Shown here piece after piece: positions 1 to 8,432 of a stretch of 61,937 nt of DNA (position 1 is its first letter; each line of letters opens with the position of its first letter). The translations under genes and the position numbers were made by a program. Location of the stretch: IMG/VR virus record IMGVR_UViG_3300020469_000015; one strand, given 5' to 3'. The notes beneath the pieces are model-generated. The model ran no database searches and was not told where the DNA came from. It saw nothing but the letters and a program-made list of their open reading frames with translations. This DNA comes from an uncultured virus (IMG/VR IMGVR_UViG_3300020469_000015). Taxonomy: Duplodnaviria; Heunggongvirae; Uroviricota; Caudoviricetes.

Positions 1-249
1 TGTTTCTCTCTTAAACAAGTTTTCATATACAGTTGCTGGGTTCTTTGACCATTGTCTTAGATAACATATATTTTCAAATGCGTAACCACTACGATATATC
101 TCATGGCATATATTATAATCCATTGCAAGTAATATATCAGGTGTAAAATCTCTATACAGTCCGTTAGCACCATATATTTTACCATGTGGTCTTAATGTTT
201 CTAAATCAAAGTCTTTACGACTTTCGCCATTACCAATGCAAAAAATCAT
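1..249 (-). CDS. Partial (5' end) phage protein with IGNGxSR / IYGxNxLYRDF motifs, nucleotide-binding Maf/MptE-like or glycosyltransferase-like fold
   Basis: Read manually: ATG at 249 gives MIFCIGNGESRKDFDLETLRPHGKIYGANGLYRDFTPDILLAMD..., open to the window edge; starts just after the uvsY stop. Confidence 0.6.
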   Translation of the reverse strand, partial: MIFCIGNGESRKDFDLETLRPHGKIYGANGLYRDFTPDILLAMDYNICHEIYRSGYAFENICYLRQWSKNPATVYENLFKRET

Positions 250-250
250 A

Positions 251-679
251 TTATATTCCGCCTTCCGTAAATTTTTTCCAATCTATTGCGTTCTTTATCT
301 GAAAACCACGATTAGATATTTGTTTAAGTATATTCTCTAGGTAACTGTTTACTACGTTTAAGTAATCTACTTTTTGTTTCTGTTTAATAATATCAGTATC
401 AGCGTCAATAAATGTACCTACATCTTGTCGTAATACTTTTAATTCAAAGTTATTATCTTTGTATGCCTCTGGTTCTGCTTTACCTAAGTAAAACAACCAT
501 TTGCTTTTGTATAGTTGTGAGTATTCACTTTTTGCTTTTGTTAACATAAGTGAGTATGTGGAAAAGTGTTTAAGGTATTTGGCGTGTAAGATTGGTGTTG
601 CTAAACTTTCTCTATCTAGTTCAGTATCGTCTATCTTTAAATCTTTTTCTGCTTGTGTTTGTAGTTCTTCTAAGTTCAT
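251..679 (-). CDS. uvsY: UvsY recombination mediator protein
   Basis: 142-aa helical protein with DLKID..LD.ESL.TP.LHAKYL and QISNRGFQIKNAIDWKKF; downstream of gp3 as in T4-like phages. Confidence 0.9.
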   Translation of the reverse strand: MNLEELQTQAEKDLKIDDTELDRESLATPILHAKYLKHFSTYSLMLTKAKSEYSQLYKSKWLFYLGKAEPEAYKDNNFELKVLRQDVGTFIDADTDIIKQKQKVDYLNVVNSYLENILKQISNRGFQIKNAIDWKKFTEGGI

Positions 680-786
680 AGTAAAATTGCTCCAATAATA
701 AAACCTAAACTAAACATAATTTTATGTGGGTGGTCAATCCACAATATTTCTAGTTTAAATCTCAATTCATTTATATATTTCATCAT
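676..786 (-). CDS. Small membrane protein (36 aa)
   Basis: MMKYINELRFKLEILWIDHPHKIMFSLGFIIGAILL; TGA overlaps the uvsY ATG (ATGA); directly follows a sigma70-type promoter. Confidence 0.6.
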   Translation of the reverse strand: MMKYINELRFKLEILWIDHPHKIMFSLGFIIGAILL

Positions 787-789
787 AAT

Positions 790-818
790 ATTATATCACG
801 TTTTTGCCAATTTGGCAA
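790..818 (-). promoter_or_regulatory. Sigma70-type promoter for the small ORF/uvsY operon
   Basis: TTGCCA-17 nt-TATAAT with extended TGn (gTGaTATAAT); the -35 lies inside the palindrome TTGCCAA-A-TTGGCAA. Confidence 0.7.
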
Positions 819-826
819 GTTTTTAA

Positions 827-1429
827 TTAAAATGGTGTAGAATACTCGTGGTACTTATAACCAAATGTTACCTGTGCTGTGATATATTCAACATCTGTAT
901 TGTTTTGATTATATTCTATTGCACTTAAAGCTTTAGGATAACAATCTATAAATGATATCTCTACTTTAGGTATGTTTCTATTTGTTAAGTGTACTAGTTT
1001 TGCGTCTGAGTATATTGCACCATCAGGTGTTGCTAAACCAGATTTACCTGGTTCACTTTGTATGCCTCTTGTTTGAGAGTTTGGCATTCTATCTTGTCCT
1101 TCTGCTAATAGTGCTTGAAATTTCTCATCACTATCAACTTGTGCTAAAGCTGCCATCCACTCATGTACTTTTCTATAGTTTTGTAATTCTTCATCAACTA
1201 AGAAAGTAATTGTTAAATCACTAAACGTCATATCATTACCTGGTATTTTCAGTTGTTGTAAACGAGTAGGTTGATTTAATTCTGATAATGATACATCTGG
1301 TATTTGAGCTGCTACTGTATTAAACTCTACAAGTGGTAATTTTACCATCTGAAATTTAAACTTAGTAGGATCAGCGTAATCTAAACCTGCACCACTTGGT
1401 TGTTTAGTAGTTATTGTACTATCTGTCAT
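827..1429 (-). CDS. gp3: Tail completion / tail tube terminator protein (T4 gp3-like)
   Basis: PTKFKF...LPLVEF...IPG..MTFSDL.ITFLVDEELQNY..VHEWM...YSDAKL...F.DCYP..LSAIEY pattern; position after gp23. Confidence 0.85.
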   Translation of the reverse strand: MTDSTITTKQPSGAGLDYADPTKFKFQMVKLPLVEFNTVAAQIPDVSLSELNQPTRLQQLKIPGNDMTFSDLTITFLVDEELQNYRKVHEWMAALAQVDSDEKFQALLAEGQDRMPNSQTRGIQSEPGKSGLATPDGAIYSDAKLVHLTNRNIPKVEISFIDCYPKALSAIEYNQNNTDVEYITAQVTFGYKYHEYSTPF

Positions 1430-1442
1430 ATTACTATTTAGT

Positions 1443-1700
1443 CTAACCCCTAATGTCTGTCCCTGGTTTAGGTAGTGGTGTTATGATAGTTGTTGTCTCA
1501 TCTACCTCTTCCCACGCTTTATCGTCTGATAATTTCTTTAATTCTTTTTCTGTATCTGTTAATACTTTTTCTTTTTCTCTTATCTCATCCATTTTTTCTT
1601 CTAAAGGTAAAGGATCCTTAGATGTAGGTATCATCATAGCACACACTAATATGATAAGCGATATGATTGTTATCCAGAGATATTGTATTAGTATTTTCAT
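1443..1700 (-). CDS. Hypothetical membrane-anchored protein
   Basis: 85 aa; N-terminal hydrophobic helix followed by a charged coiled coil; late-promoter motif 5 nt upstream. Confidence 0.6.
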   Translation of the reverse strand: MKILIQYLWITIISLIILVCAMMIPTSKDPLPLEEKMDEIREKEKVLTDTEKELKKLSDDKAWEEVDETTTIITPLPKPGTDIRG

Positions 1701-1715
1701 ATGATTATTTATTCC

Positions 1716-1748
1716 AAAAAAAAAGAGGGGAAAATTAATTCCCCTCTC
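1716..1748 (-). terminator. Intrinsic terminator after the major capsid gene
   Basis: Minus strand GAGGGGAA-ttaatt-TTCCCCTC followed by a T9 run. Confidence 0.85.
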
Positions 1749-1775
1749 TTTATAATTTACACCGCAAAGGTAATA

Positions 1776-3038
1776 TTACATTAGGTTAGTAACTTTAACC
1801 ATTCTGTAATAGATGTTTGCTTGGTCAGTACCTGTGTCAGAAGCTTGAGCACTTGCTTCCGCAAATGGATTTCTTACAAGACCGTATCTTGTTTTGAAAC
1901 CAATTTTTGGTTGGAAAGTGTTCTCACCAACTGCTCTAACCATTTGTAGAGGTACATACGGACAATAGAACATACCAGCGTCATAAGGTGAAGTACCTTT
2001 ATAACCTACTGTGTAGTATTGTGCCGCTGTGTTGTTTGACGCATAAGGGTCAATGTACACTTTGTATCTACCGTTTAGAGTACCAGCAAAAGTGTTACCT
2101 GTGTCATCAACATTTAAACTGTTGTTTAACGCAGGAGCGTAATCTAAGATACCCGCCATTTGTAAAGCAGAAGCAACGTCTGAAGAACAAATAACAATGT
2201 TACCTCTTCCTCTTCTCGTTTCTTGTGCAATTACGTTAGCGTCTCTTTCAACTTGGAACATTAGTCCTTTGAATTTTTCAACAGACCATCTACCGTTAGA
2301 GTCCGTATCTAAATCAAAAGTACCAGATGTAGTTGTATTAGTGTTAGCACCTTTTTTAGCTTTTTCGTAAATTGTTCTCACAACTTCTCTATTGATTTCA
2401 GCAAGGATCTCAGCAGAAAGAATGTTAGCAAGTTCAGTTTCAGCGTCTAAGCCGTGAATTGCTTTAAGGTCTTGTGCAAGTTCCATTGTGTACTCAGCTT
2501 TTAACTGTCTAGTCTTAGCTGTTACAGTTGATTTCTCAATTGAGAATGCCATTTCTGCAAATGATGATGAAGCTTCAGCAGTCGCTGTTGCAATACCAGT
2601 ACCAGCAGTAACGGATGTTGTTGTGTCGTTCATTAAACCAGGATTCAATGTTGCTGAATGTGTTCCAGTTCCAGAGAAATCTGAATCCGCTTCATTAAAT
2701 AAAGCTTCAGTTCCTGAGTTAGAAGTAAATCTGCTCTTCATAGCGAAGATAAGACCAGTTGGACCAGTCATTGGTTGTACACCACAGATGTCGTAGGCAA
2801 TAAGATTTGGCATTGCTCTTCTTACAAGTGAAATCAAAATAGGGTCCCAGTTAGCAACTGCGCTACCTGTTACGTTTGCAATTTCACCTAAGAATGCTTT
2901 GTCTTCTTTCGCCGCTTTTTCTTGGTTTTCCAAGATTACTGATGTCACAGCTCTTTTGTACGGATTGTCAATTTTTGGCAAGTCCGCATGATTAAGAACT
3001 GGAGACCATTTCTCTTGTAAGTTTTGCGAATTAAACAT
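1776..3038 (-). CDS. gp23: Major capsid protein
   Basis: LISLVRRAMPNLIAYDICGVQPMTGPTGLIFAM, ELAQDLKAIHGLDAETELANIL, FYCPYVPLQMVRAVGENTFQPKIGFKTRYG. Confidence 0.99.
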   Translation of the reverse strand: MFNSQNLQEKWSPVLNHADLPKIDNPYKRAVTSVILENQEKAAKEDKAFLGEIANVTGSAVANWDPILISLVRRAMPNLIAYDICGVQPMTGPTGLIFAMKSRFTSNSGTEALFNEADSDFSGTGTHSATLNPGLMNDTTTSVTAGTGIATATAEASSSFAEMAFSIEKSTVTAKTRQLKAEYTMELAQDLKAIHGLDAETELANILSAEILAEINREVVRTIYEKAKKGANTNTTTSGTFDLDTDSNGRWSVEKFKGLMFQVERDANVIAQETRRGRGNIVICSSDVASALQMAGILDYAPALNNSLNVDDTGNTFAGTLNGRYKVYIDPYASNNTAAQYYTVGYKGTSPYDAGMFYCPYVPLQMVRAVGENTFQPKIGFKTRYGLVRNPFAEASAQASDTGTDQANIYYRMVKVTNLM

Positions 3039-3064
3039 TTAAGTCTCTCCTTAGTTTTTAATTG

Positions 3065-4339
3065 TTAGTAGATATCTCTACTTTTTACCCTACTGATTGC
3101 ATCCGTATAACGAGACATGCTATCAGACATATCTGTTACTGTGTTACCATCTTCGGAGTTAGATTGTGCGTCAACGTTTACCGTTTCAGCAGGTGCTGAT
3201 TTAGCATTTCCAAAGTAACTTTCTTTAATAGTAGTTAACTTTTTCTTATACTCGTCTGCACCGTCGTAACTAACATCTTCAATTAATGATTTTAGTTTCT
3301 CAACTTCCGTGTCTGCAAGACCTGAAGTTACTTCGTCTAAAATTTCATCTTTTGAAAATTCGTTAATTTGTTTTTTCATTTCCATTGATTTCTCAGTTGT
3401 TTCGTTTAACTTAGCTTTCAGCTCTTCAACTTCGTTTTCTTTAGCTTCAAGTACGTCATACTTTTCATCTGGTATATCAATGTAATGGTCTTCAAATAAT
3501 TGTTTTAAACCACCAATAAAGTCTTCAGCAATTTCTCCCTTGATACCTTTTTCAATAGCAAGTTCGTTTTCTGACATCCATTGTTCAACAACATAGTTTA
3601 AGTAATTGTCAACTTTGTTTGTTAAATCGTTTTTGAATGTTTCAGTTGCTTCAGATAACTCAGCAGAATACTCATCTTCTAATCTGCTAATCTCAGTTTT
3701 CACTTTTGATTTAACAGCAGCTTCAAAGATAGTAGCAGCTTTGTCTTTAAAAGTTTCAGATAAAGTGTCATCACCAGAAACTAGAGCAGCAACATCTTCT
3801 TTTACGTCAATGTCTTTAACTCTTTTTTCCATTTTTTCTTTTTTCTCTTTATCTTCTTCATCAGAATGTTTAGCTTCGTCCATGTCTTTTTCATCTTCGT
3901 CGCCATTCATAGCTGCCATCATTTTTCCGTATGAAGCGGCTAAGTCTGATTTTTTCTTTTTGCCCATTGCGTCATACATAGCTTGAATTATACCAGCTTT
4001 TGTTTTCGGCATTTCAGACATTTCTTTTTCTTTATCGTCTTCTTTTTCATCAGCGTCATCATGTGCCGCTTCTTTTTTTACTTTATCGTTTTCTTTTTCA
4101 TCTTCAGCATTCAATTTTTGCATTGGTTCTGCTGTAGCTGCGCCTTTCGTAGGAGCGGACGTATCTTTTTTAGCTTTTTTTGCATGGTCAGTTGAACTTG
4201 TGTCTGTTGGAGAAGTCACTGCTTTTCCGCCATCTTCAAAATCACCCATTTTCTGCATTGGCTCAGCTTTACCTGCGCCTGCTTTTGGAGCGTCTGCACC
4301 CTTAGGAGCTTCAGAAACGATTGTTTTATTTTCTTCCAT
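3065..4339 (-). CDS. gp22: Prohead core scaffold protein
   Basis: LSETFKDKAATIFEAAV, VDNYLNYVVEQWM.ENELAIE.GIK.EIAEDFIGGLK.LFEDHYIDIPDEKYDV; lies between gp21 and gp23. Confidence 0.95.
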   Translation of the reverse strand: MEENKTIVSEAPKGADAPKAGAGKAEPMQKMGDFEDGGKAVTSPTDTSSTDHAKKAKKDTSAPTKGAATAEPMQKLNAEDEKENDKVKKEAAHDDADEKEDDKEKEMSEMPKTKAGIIQAMYDAMGKKKKSDLAASYGKMMAAMNGDEDEKDMDEAKHSDEEDKEKKEKMEKRVKDIDVKEDVAALVSGDDTLSETFKDKAATIFEAAVKSKVKTEISRLEDEYSAELSEATETFKNDLTNKVDNYLNYVVEQWMSENELAIEKGIKGEIAEDFIGGLKQLFEDHYIDIPDEKYDVLEAKENEVEELKAKLNETTEKSMEMKKQINEFSKDEILDEVTSGLADTEVEKLKSLIEDVSYDGADEYKKKLTTIKESYFGNAKSAPAETVNVDAQSNSEDGNTVTDMSDSMSRYTDAISRVKSRDIY

Positions 4340-4393
4340 TTTTAACTCTCCTATAAGTCAAAATTAATTAATTAATTTGCGTACTACTATTTA

Positions 4394-5050
4394 TTATTTT
4401 GCAACTTTTCGCATAAATTTTTCAAAAGCAGCAGTTTGTTTTTCAGCTAACTCAAAACTACGAGCAGCTTCAATCTCTTGTTGTATCTCAGAAATATCTT
4501 TTTCTTTAACGATACCATTGTCCCATACCCACTCTTTACCTTCCATAACACCTTGTACAAATGCTGATGGAGCAGATGGGTCTGCTACAATGTCGGCAGC
4601 AGTTGCTAAGTAAAAGTCTGATTTTACATAGTTAGTACCGCCTTTATTCTCCAAAGAACCCATGCCCCTTGATGAAACTCCTAGTTGTGCGCCTTCGTCT
4701 ATCAAAGACTTCACAATCTTACCATAAGGTGTATCAGTCACTTTTGCTTCGCCAATGTAGTTACCTTTGCCGTCGCCTTCTAATGATGTAATTAAGTGTG
4801 ACACTCTCTCTAAGTTTACAGTTGGTCCGTCAGGATGTCCTAACTCACCAAATGCTCTCTTTTTATTGATAAATTCTTTTCTATATCTGTTTACTTCGTT
4901 TTCTAAAACTTCCATAGGATAAACACGACCATTACGGTTCTTAATATTCGCCTGCATGAATATCCCCTTTATTTTGTGTGACTTTTTGCCGTTTTCATCT
5001 GCTTCTGCAAGCAATTTAACGTCAGTAAGTTCCTCTGTAATTAGTTTCAT
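4394..5050 (-). CDS. gp21: Prohead core protease
   Basis: GIFMQANIKNRNGRVYP, AFGELGHP, LGVSSRGMGSL, DIVADPSAPSAFV. Confidence 0.97.
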   Translation of the reverse strand: MKLITEELTDVKLLAEADENGKKSHKIKGIFMQANIKNRNGRVYPMEVLENEVNRYRKEFINKKRAFGELGHPDGPTVNLERVSHLITSLEGDGKGNYIGEAKVTDTPYGKIVKSLIDEGAQLGVSSRGMGSLENKGGTNYVKSDFYLATAADIVADPSAPSAFVQGVMEGKEWVWDNGIVKEKDISEIQQEIEAARSFELAEKQTAAFEKFMRKVAK

Positions 5051-5077
5051 ATGTTTATTCCTTTAGTCCTATTTATG

Positions 5078-5464
5078 TTATCGTACCTCTAAAATGATAG
5101 AATAACTGTCTCCGTTTACGAAATTGTGCGTAGAGAACAGAATATCACCTGTAGGAGTACCTGCATTGTTAGCTATTTGTATTGCCGGCGTCTGTAAATC
5201 TATCGTGCCTTGACCAGATAAAAACAGCGCCGTTGCGTTAGTAGTTCCTTCAAATAGGATTTCTACGGACCCCTTAGGGTCCGTAGTGTTTACACTATAA
5301 ATCACTCTAGCAATTTTAGTAGAAGTTGACAAGTGATTTAAATTTGCACTCGTCATCTTCTCTACTAAACTCTCTCCTGTACCATCAGATTTGTTCGTAA
5401 ACTTCATTACAGTTTTAGAACCTGCAACGTCTGTTATAGTTTGAGTTGATACTGTATCAGCCAT
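5078..5464 (-). CDS. Hypothetical beta-rich virion protein (paralogue of 5464..5868)
   Basis: 128 aa; shares S.I, VEI.F.G.T, L.G.G, GDI...T and IILEV with the adjacent ORF; stop/start overlap. Confidence 0.7.
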   Translation of the reverse strand: MADTVSTQTITDVAGSKTVMKFTNKSDGTGESLVEKMTSANLNHLSTSTKIARVIYSVNTTDPKGSVEILFEGTTNATALFLSGQGTIDLQTPAIQIANNAGTPTGDILFSTHNFVNGDSYSIILEVR

Positions 5465-5868
5465 TATCTAGTCTGTCCTGAGGCAGTATAACCTTTAGTC
5501 TTTTTAACTTCTAAAATAAAAGTACCTGTTACAGCACTCGCATTTGTAATAACAATATCACCAGTTACACCTGTTGCTTCTGGGTTTGATATGTTTGGTT
5601 GTTTACCATGATACCCATACTCGCCACTACCATGTAGTGATATAGCATGACTATCTGTGCCTGCGTCAAATTCTATTGCAACGTCGCTTGTCGCAGCTGT
5701 TGTATTCCATTTAATAGAACTAATGTCTAGTGTAGGGTTTGAAACATGTCCTGTCAATGCTGAAGCGTCAATTACTTGTACTGCGTCATTTGTTGCATTG
5801 TTAATTTCAAACATTACTACATGTCTAGTACCACTATCCACTAATGTTCTTTTGTTTACTACCGCCAT
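5464..5868 (-). CDS. Hypothetical beta-rich virion protein (paralogue of 5078..5464)
   Basis: 134 aa; AGGAG SD; within the head operon. Confidence 0.7.
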   Translation of the reverse strand: MAVVNKRTLVDSGTRHVVMFEINNATNDAVQVIDASALTGHVSNPTLDISSIKWNTTAATSDVAIEFDAGTDSHAISLHGSGEYGYHGKQPNISNPEATGVTGDIVITNASAVTGTFILEVKKTKGYTASGQTR

Positions 5869-5884
5869 TTCTACTCCTTTTTGT

Positions 5885-6133
5885 TTATATGGTTATGCCA
5901 GTTTCTTTTTTAAAATAGGCTTCGATATCTTTTCTTTGTACTTTATACTTCTTAGTAACGTCATTCATAACTTTACTAAAATTCATTAACACTTGTCCCG
6001 GTTTCTTTTCAAGCTGAGTATATACGTCATCTACCGCCTCTTTTGATTTTGGCGCTAATTTCTTATAGACTAGTGAACGTTTATGTTCGTTTTTTTCAGT
6101 CGTCAATTTCCGTAGATTGTTCAGCGTTATCAT
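5885..6133 (-). CDS. Small basic hypothetical protein in the head operon (possible prohead core component)
   Basis: ATG at 6133 (MITLNNLRKL...), 82 aa; lies between the gp67-like gene and gp21. Confidence 0.6.
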   Translation of the reverse strand: MITLNNLRKLTTEKNEHKRSLVYKKLAPKSKEAVDDVYTQLEKKPGQVLMNFSKVMNDVTKKYKVQRKDIEAYFKKETGITI

Positions 6134-6314
6134 TGTTTGTTTCCGGTTCTTTTGCCATAATTGTTGACGCAACGTCTTTACGTTTGTCATCTAACTCAGT
6201 ACCTACTTTATTTGATAAAGCAGATTTAAATGCCGTTTCAGCACCTAAGTTATCGCCTTTTTGCAAAGCGTCAATCATATCTCTTGTTGGGTTAGAATTG
6301 TCCTGTGTCATCAT
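6096..6314 (-). CDS. Prohead core protein, gp67-like
   Basis: MIDALQKGDNLGAETAFKSALSNKVGTELDDKRKDVA with acidic tail; directly after the portal gene; AAGGAG SD. Confidence 0.65.
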   Translation of the reverse strand: MMTQDNSNPTRDMIDALQKGDNLGAETAFKSALSNKVGTELDDKRKDVASTIMAKEPETNNDNAEQSTEIDD

Positions 6315-7821
6315 CTTCTCCTTCTGGTGGCGCTTCCGCCTCCTTTTCTTTTTCTATTTTAGATTTTTCTTCGTCAATGTCAATGTCAGTCATTTTTAAA
6401 ACATTCTTCATTGCCCACTCTTTAGAATAAACGTTACCTATCAATTCACTATCTTTCAAGTTACGATAAATTTCCATTCTTTCTTTTAACATTTCTGCTT
6501 CTTTTATTTCAGCATAGTAACCGTCATTTACATAGTTGTATCTGATTGTTCTTGCTAAACTGTTTTCCCAATCTTCTATTGATATAATACCTTTTAGTAT
6601 TAATTGTGTTTTCAATAAATCATGGAACAAAGCATTAAATCTTGTTCTTAGTCTATCAACAAATTTACTAAACTTTAACTCGTCTCTATTAATCTCAGTT
6701 GCTCTACCCATATTAAAACTACCTTCAGCTTCTAATCTGGATACAGGAACGTTTAATGACTTGTAAAGTTTCTTTTGAAAGTATTTGATATCTTCTACTT
6801 CACCTAAGTTAGAACCACCTGGTAGTGTAGTAATTTCTGTACCTCTACCACCTTCTCGTCTTGGTAACCAAAAGTCTTCTAACATAGACATGTATTGTCT
6901 ATCGTCTCTTATTTCACCTGTACTTGCGTCATAGACAAGTTTGTTTCTATATCTGTTCATTACATCTTTTAGATATTGCTCTGCTTTTGCTTTTGGTAAG
7001 TTACCTACATCAATGTAAAATATTCTTCTTTCAGGCGCTCTGGATATTCTGTATATAACAATACTATCTTCAATCATTCTTAATTGATTGACAGGTTTAA
7101 TTGCCTTATGTAAATGTGATAGTATCATGTTTCTTTGTTGGTCAATCATTCCTGACGGACAGAAAGCAATACTATCTTTACTAATTGCTAAACCTTGTGT
7201 TGAACTTGCTCCCGGTTGTACACCTTTCTCATTGTAAATATAAAATTCTTCAAAATCTACAACTGGTGGTGCGTTTTGGTCTTTAGGTTTAAAACTTTGT
7301 TCGCCCTCAGTCTTCTTAGGTTTACGAACTTTCTTAATTTTTCTAGGATCAATATATCTTAATTCAGTAATACCACCTTTTATATTTTTAGGGTCTATTA
7401 TCTTATGATATACTATTCTACCATCAACATACCATCTACGAAATATGTCATGTCCTTTTTGTTCAAATTCCAATAACGAAATAATATTATTAAATTCTTC
7501 TTCTATCTTCTTTTTTATACCTGTTGAGAAAGGTACTGTATGCATGTTCAGTCTGATTGTTTCTCTATTGTCATCAATTACTATACCTTCATTGATAACA
7601 TCTTCAATCGCTTGGTCACACTCAGGTTGCATAGCAACCTCTCTATACCTTCTAATTAAATCTGCTTCGTTGTTTACTTTTCCTTCAATATCTAAGTAAG
7701 TACCATAATGTCCACCACCCATAATCGTTTGAACGCCATCATCAGCTGATGGTGCTGTAAACGTTTGACTAGTTGTTTTGGTGCTTGCTCTTTTGATTTC
7801 AAAGCCAAAAAATTCTGCCAC
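6292..7821 (-). CDS. gp20: Portal vertex protein
   Basis: FRRWYVDGRI, LRYIDPRKI, YRISRAPERRIFYIDVGNLPK.KAEQYL, EDFWLPRREGGRGTEITTLPGG; GTG start. Confidence 0.99.
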   Translation of the reverse strand: MAEFFGFEIKRASTKTTSQTFTAPSADDGVQTIMGGGHYGTYLDIEGKVNNEADLIRRYREVAMQPECDQAIEDVINEGIVIDDNRETIRLNMHTVPFSTGIKKKIEEEFNNIISLLEFEQKGHDIFRRWYVDGRIVYHKIIDPKNIKGGITELRYIDPRKIKKVRKPKKTEGEQSFKPKDQNAPPVVDFEEFYIYNEKGVQPGASSTQGLAISKDSIAFCPSGMIDQQRNMILSHLHKAIKPVNQLRMIEDSIVIYRISRAPERRIFYIDVGNLPKAKAEQYLKDVMNRYRNKLVYDASTGEIRDDRQYMSMLEDFWLPRREGGRGTEITTLPGGSNLGEVEDIKYFQKKLYKSLNVPVSRLEAEGSFNMGRATEINRDELKFSKFVDRLRTRFNALFHDLLKTQLILKGIISIEDWENSLARTIRYNYVNDGYYAEIKEAEMLKERMEIYRNLKDSELIGNVYSKEWAMKNVLKMTDIDIDEEKSKIEKEKEAEAPPEGEDDDTGQF

Positions 7822-7851
7822 TACATTCTCCTTTTCATTATCTTTTATTTC

Positions 7852-7881
7852 TATTTATAGCGGCCCGGAGACCGCTATAAA
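7852..7881 (-). promoter_or_regulatory. GC-rich hairpin after gp19 whose 3' arm contains the TATAAATA late promoter of gp20
   Basis: Minus strand TTTATAGCGGTC-TCCG-GGCCGCTATAAA(TA); TATAAATA at 7852-7859. Confidence 0.7.
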
Positions 7882-7890
7882 TTCACAACA

Positions 7891-8418
7891 TTACGTTGTA
7901 GTGTTACTTTCCCAGTATTGGTATCTCCATGTACATTCAAAAGTCTCTAACGCACTTACTGGATCATAGTTCAAATCAACTGTACCTATTGTTAAAGGAA
8001 ATAATCCTCTAAATGTGTACGATTTGATTGTATTACCATTTCTATCTAAGTGGTCGATAAATGCGTCCACTTGATAATCAGTAGGGTTGTTTAAACCTTC
8101 GTTGTCACTATGGTTGTTAATACCATTTGACCATCTTTCAATAGCATTTCTGATATCAAAAGAAGTATCGTTGATAATAGTTGTACTCCAAGTTTGGAAT
8201 GTTCTATCACCAGCCATATGTATTGGTCTACCTCTAAAGTTTACAGTTAATTCTCCTAACTCAGAACTTGGAAGTTGAGTAGCAGAACATAAGAACGACA
8301 TGTTCTCAGTTTCGCCACCAACAGCAGCAAAACCAGGGAAAGGCATTGTAACCTTAAACTGATTTTGTCTAGCTCCGCCGCCTTTAAGTTTGGAGATAAA
8401 GTCTGATACGTTTGCCAT
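7891..8418 (-). CDS. gp19: Tail tube protein
   Basis: GGGARQNQFKV, FLCSATQLP, FRGR....AGDRTF..W..TIIND..F.IR.A.E.W, LDRNG...KSY.F.G.FP. Confidence 0.97.
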   Translation of the reverse strand: MANVSDFISKLKGGGARQNQFKVTMPFPGFAAVGGETENMSFLCSATQLPSSELGELTVNFRGRPIHMAGDRTFQTWSTTIINDTSFDIRNAIERWSNGINNHSDNEGLNNPTDYQVDAFIDHLDRNGNTIKSYTFRGLFPLTIGTVDLNYDPVSALETFECTWRYQYWESNTTT

Positions 8419-8432
8419 TTTTTATTTCCTCT

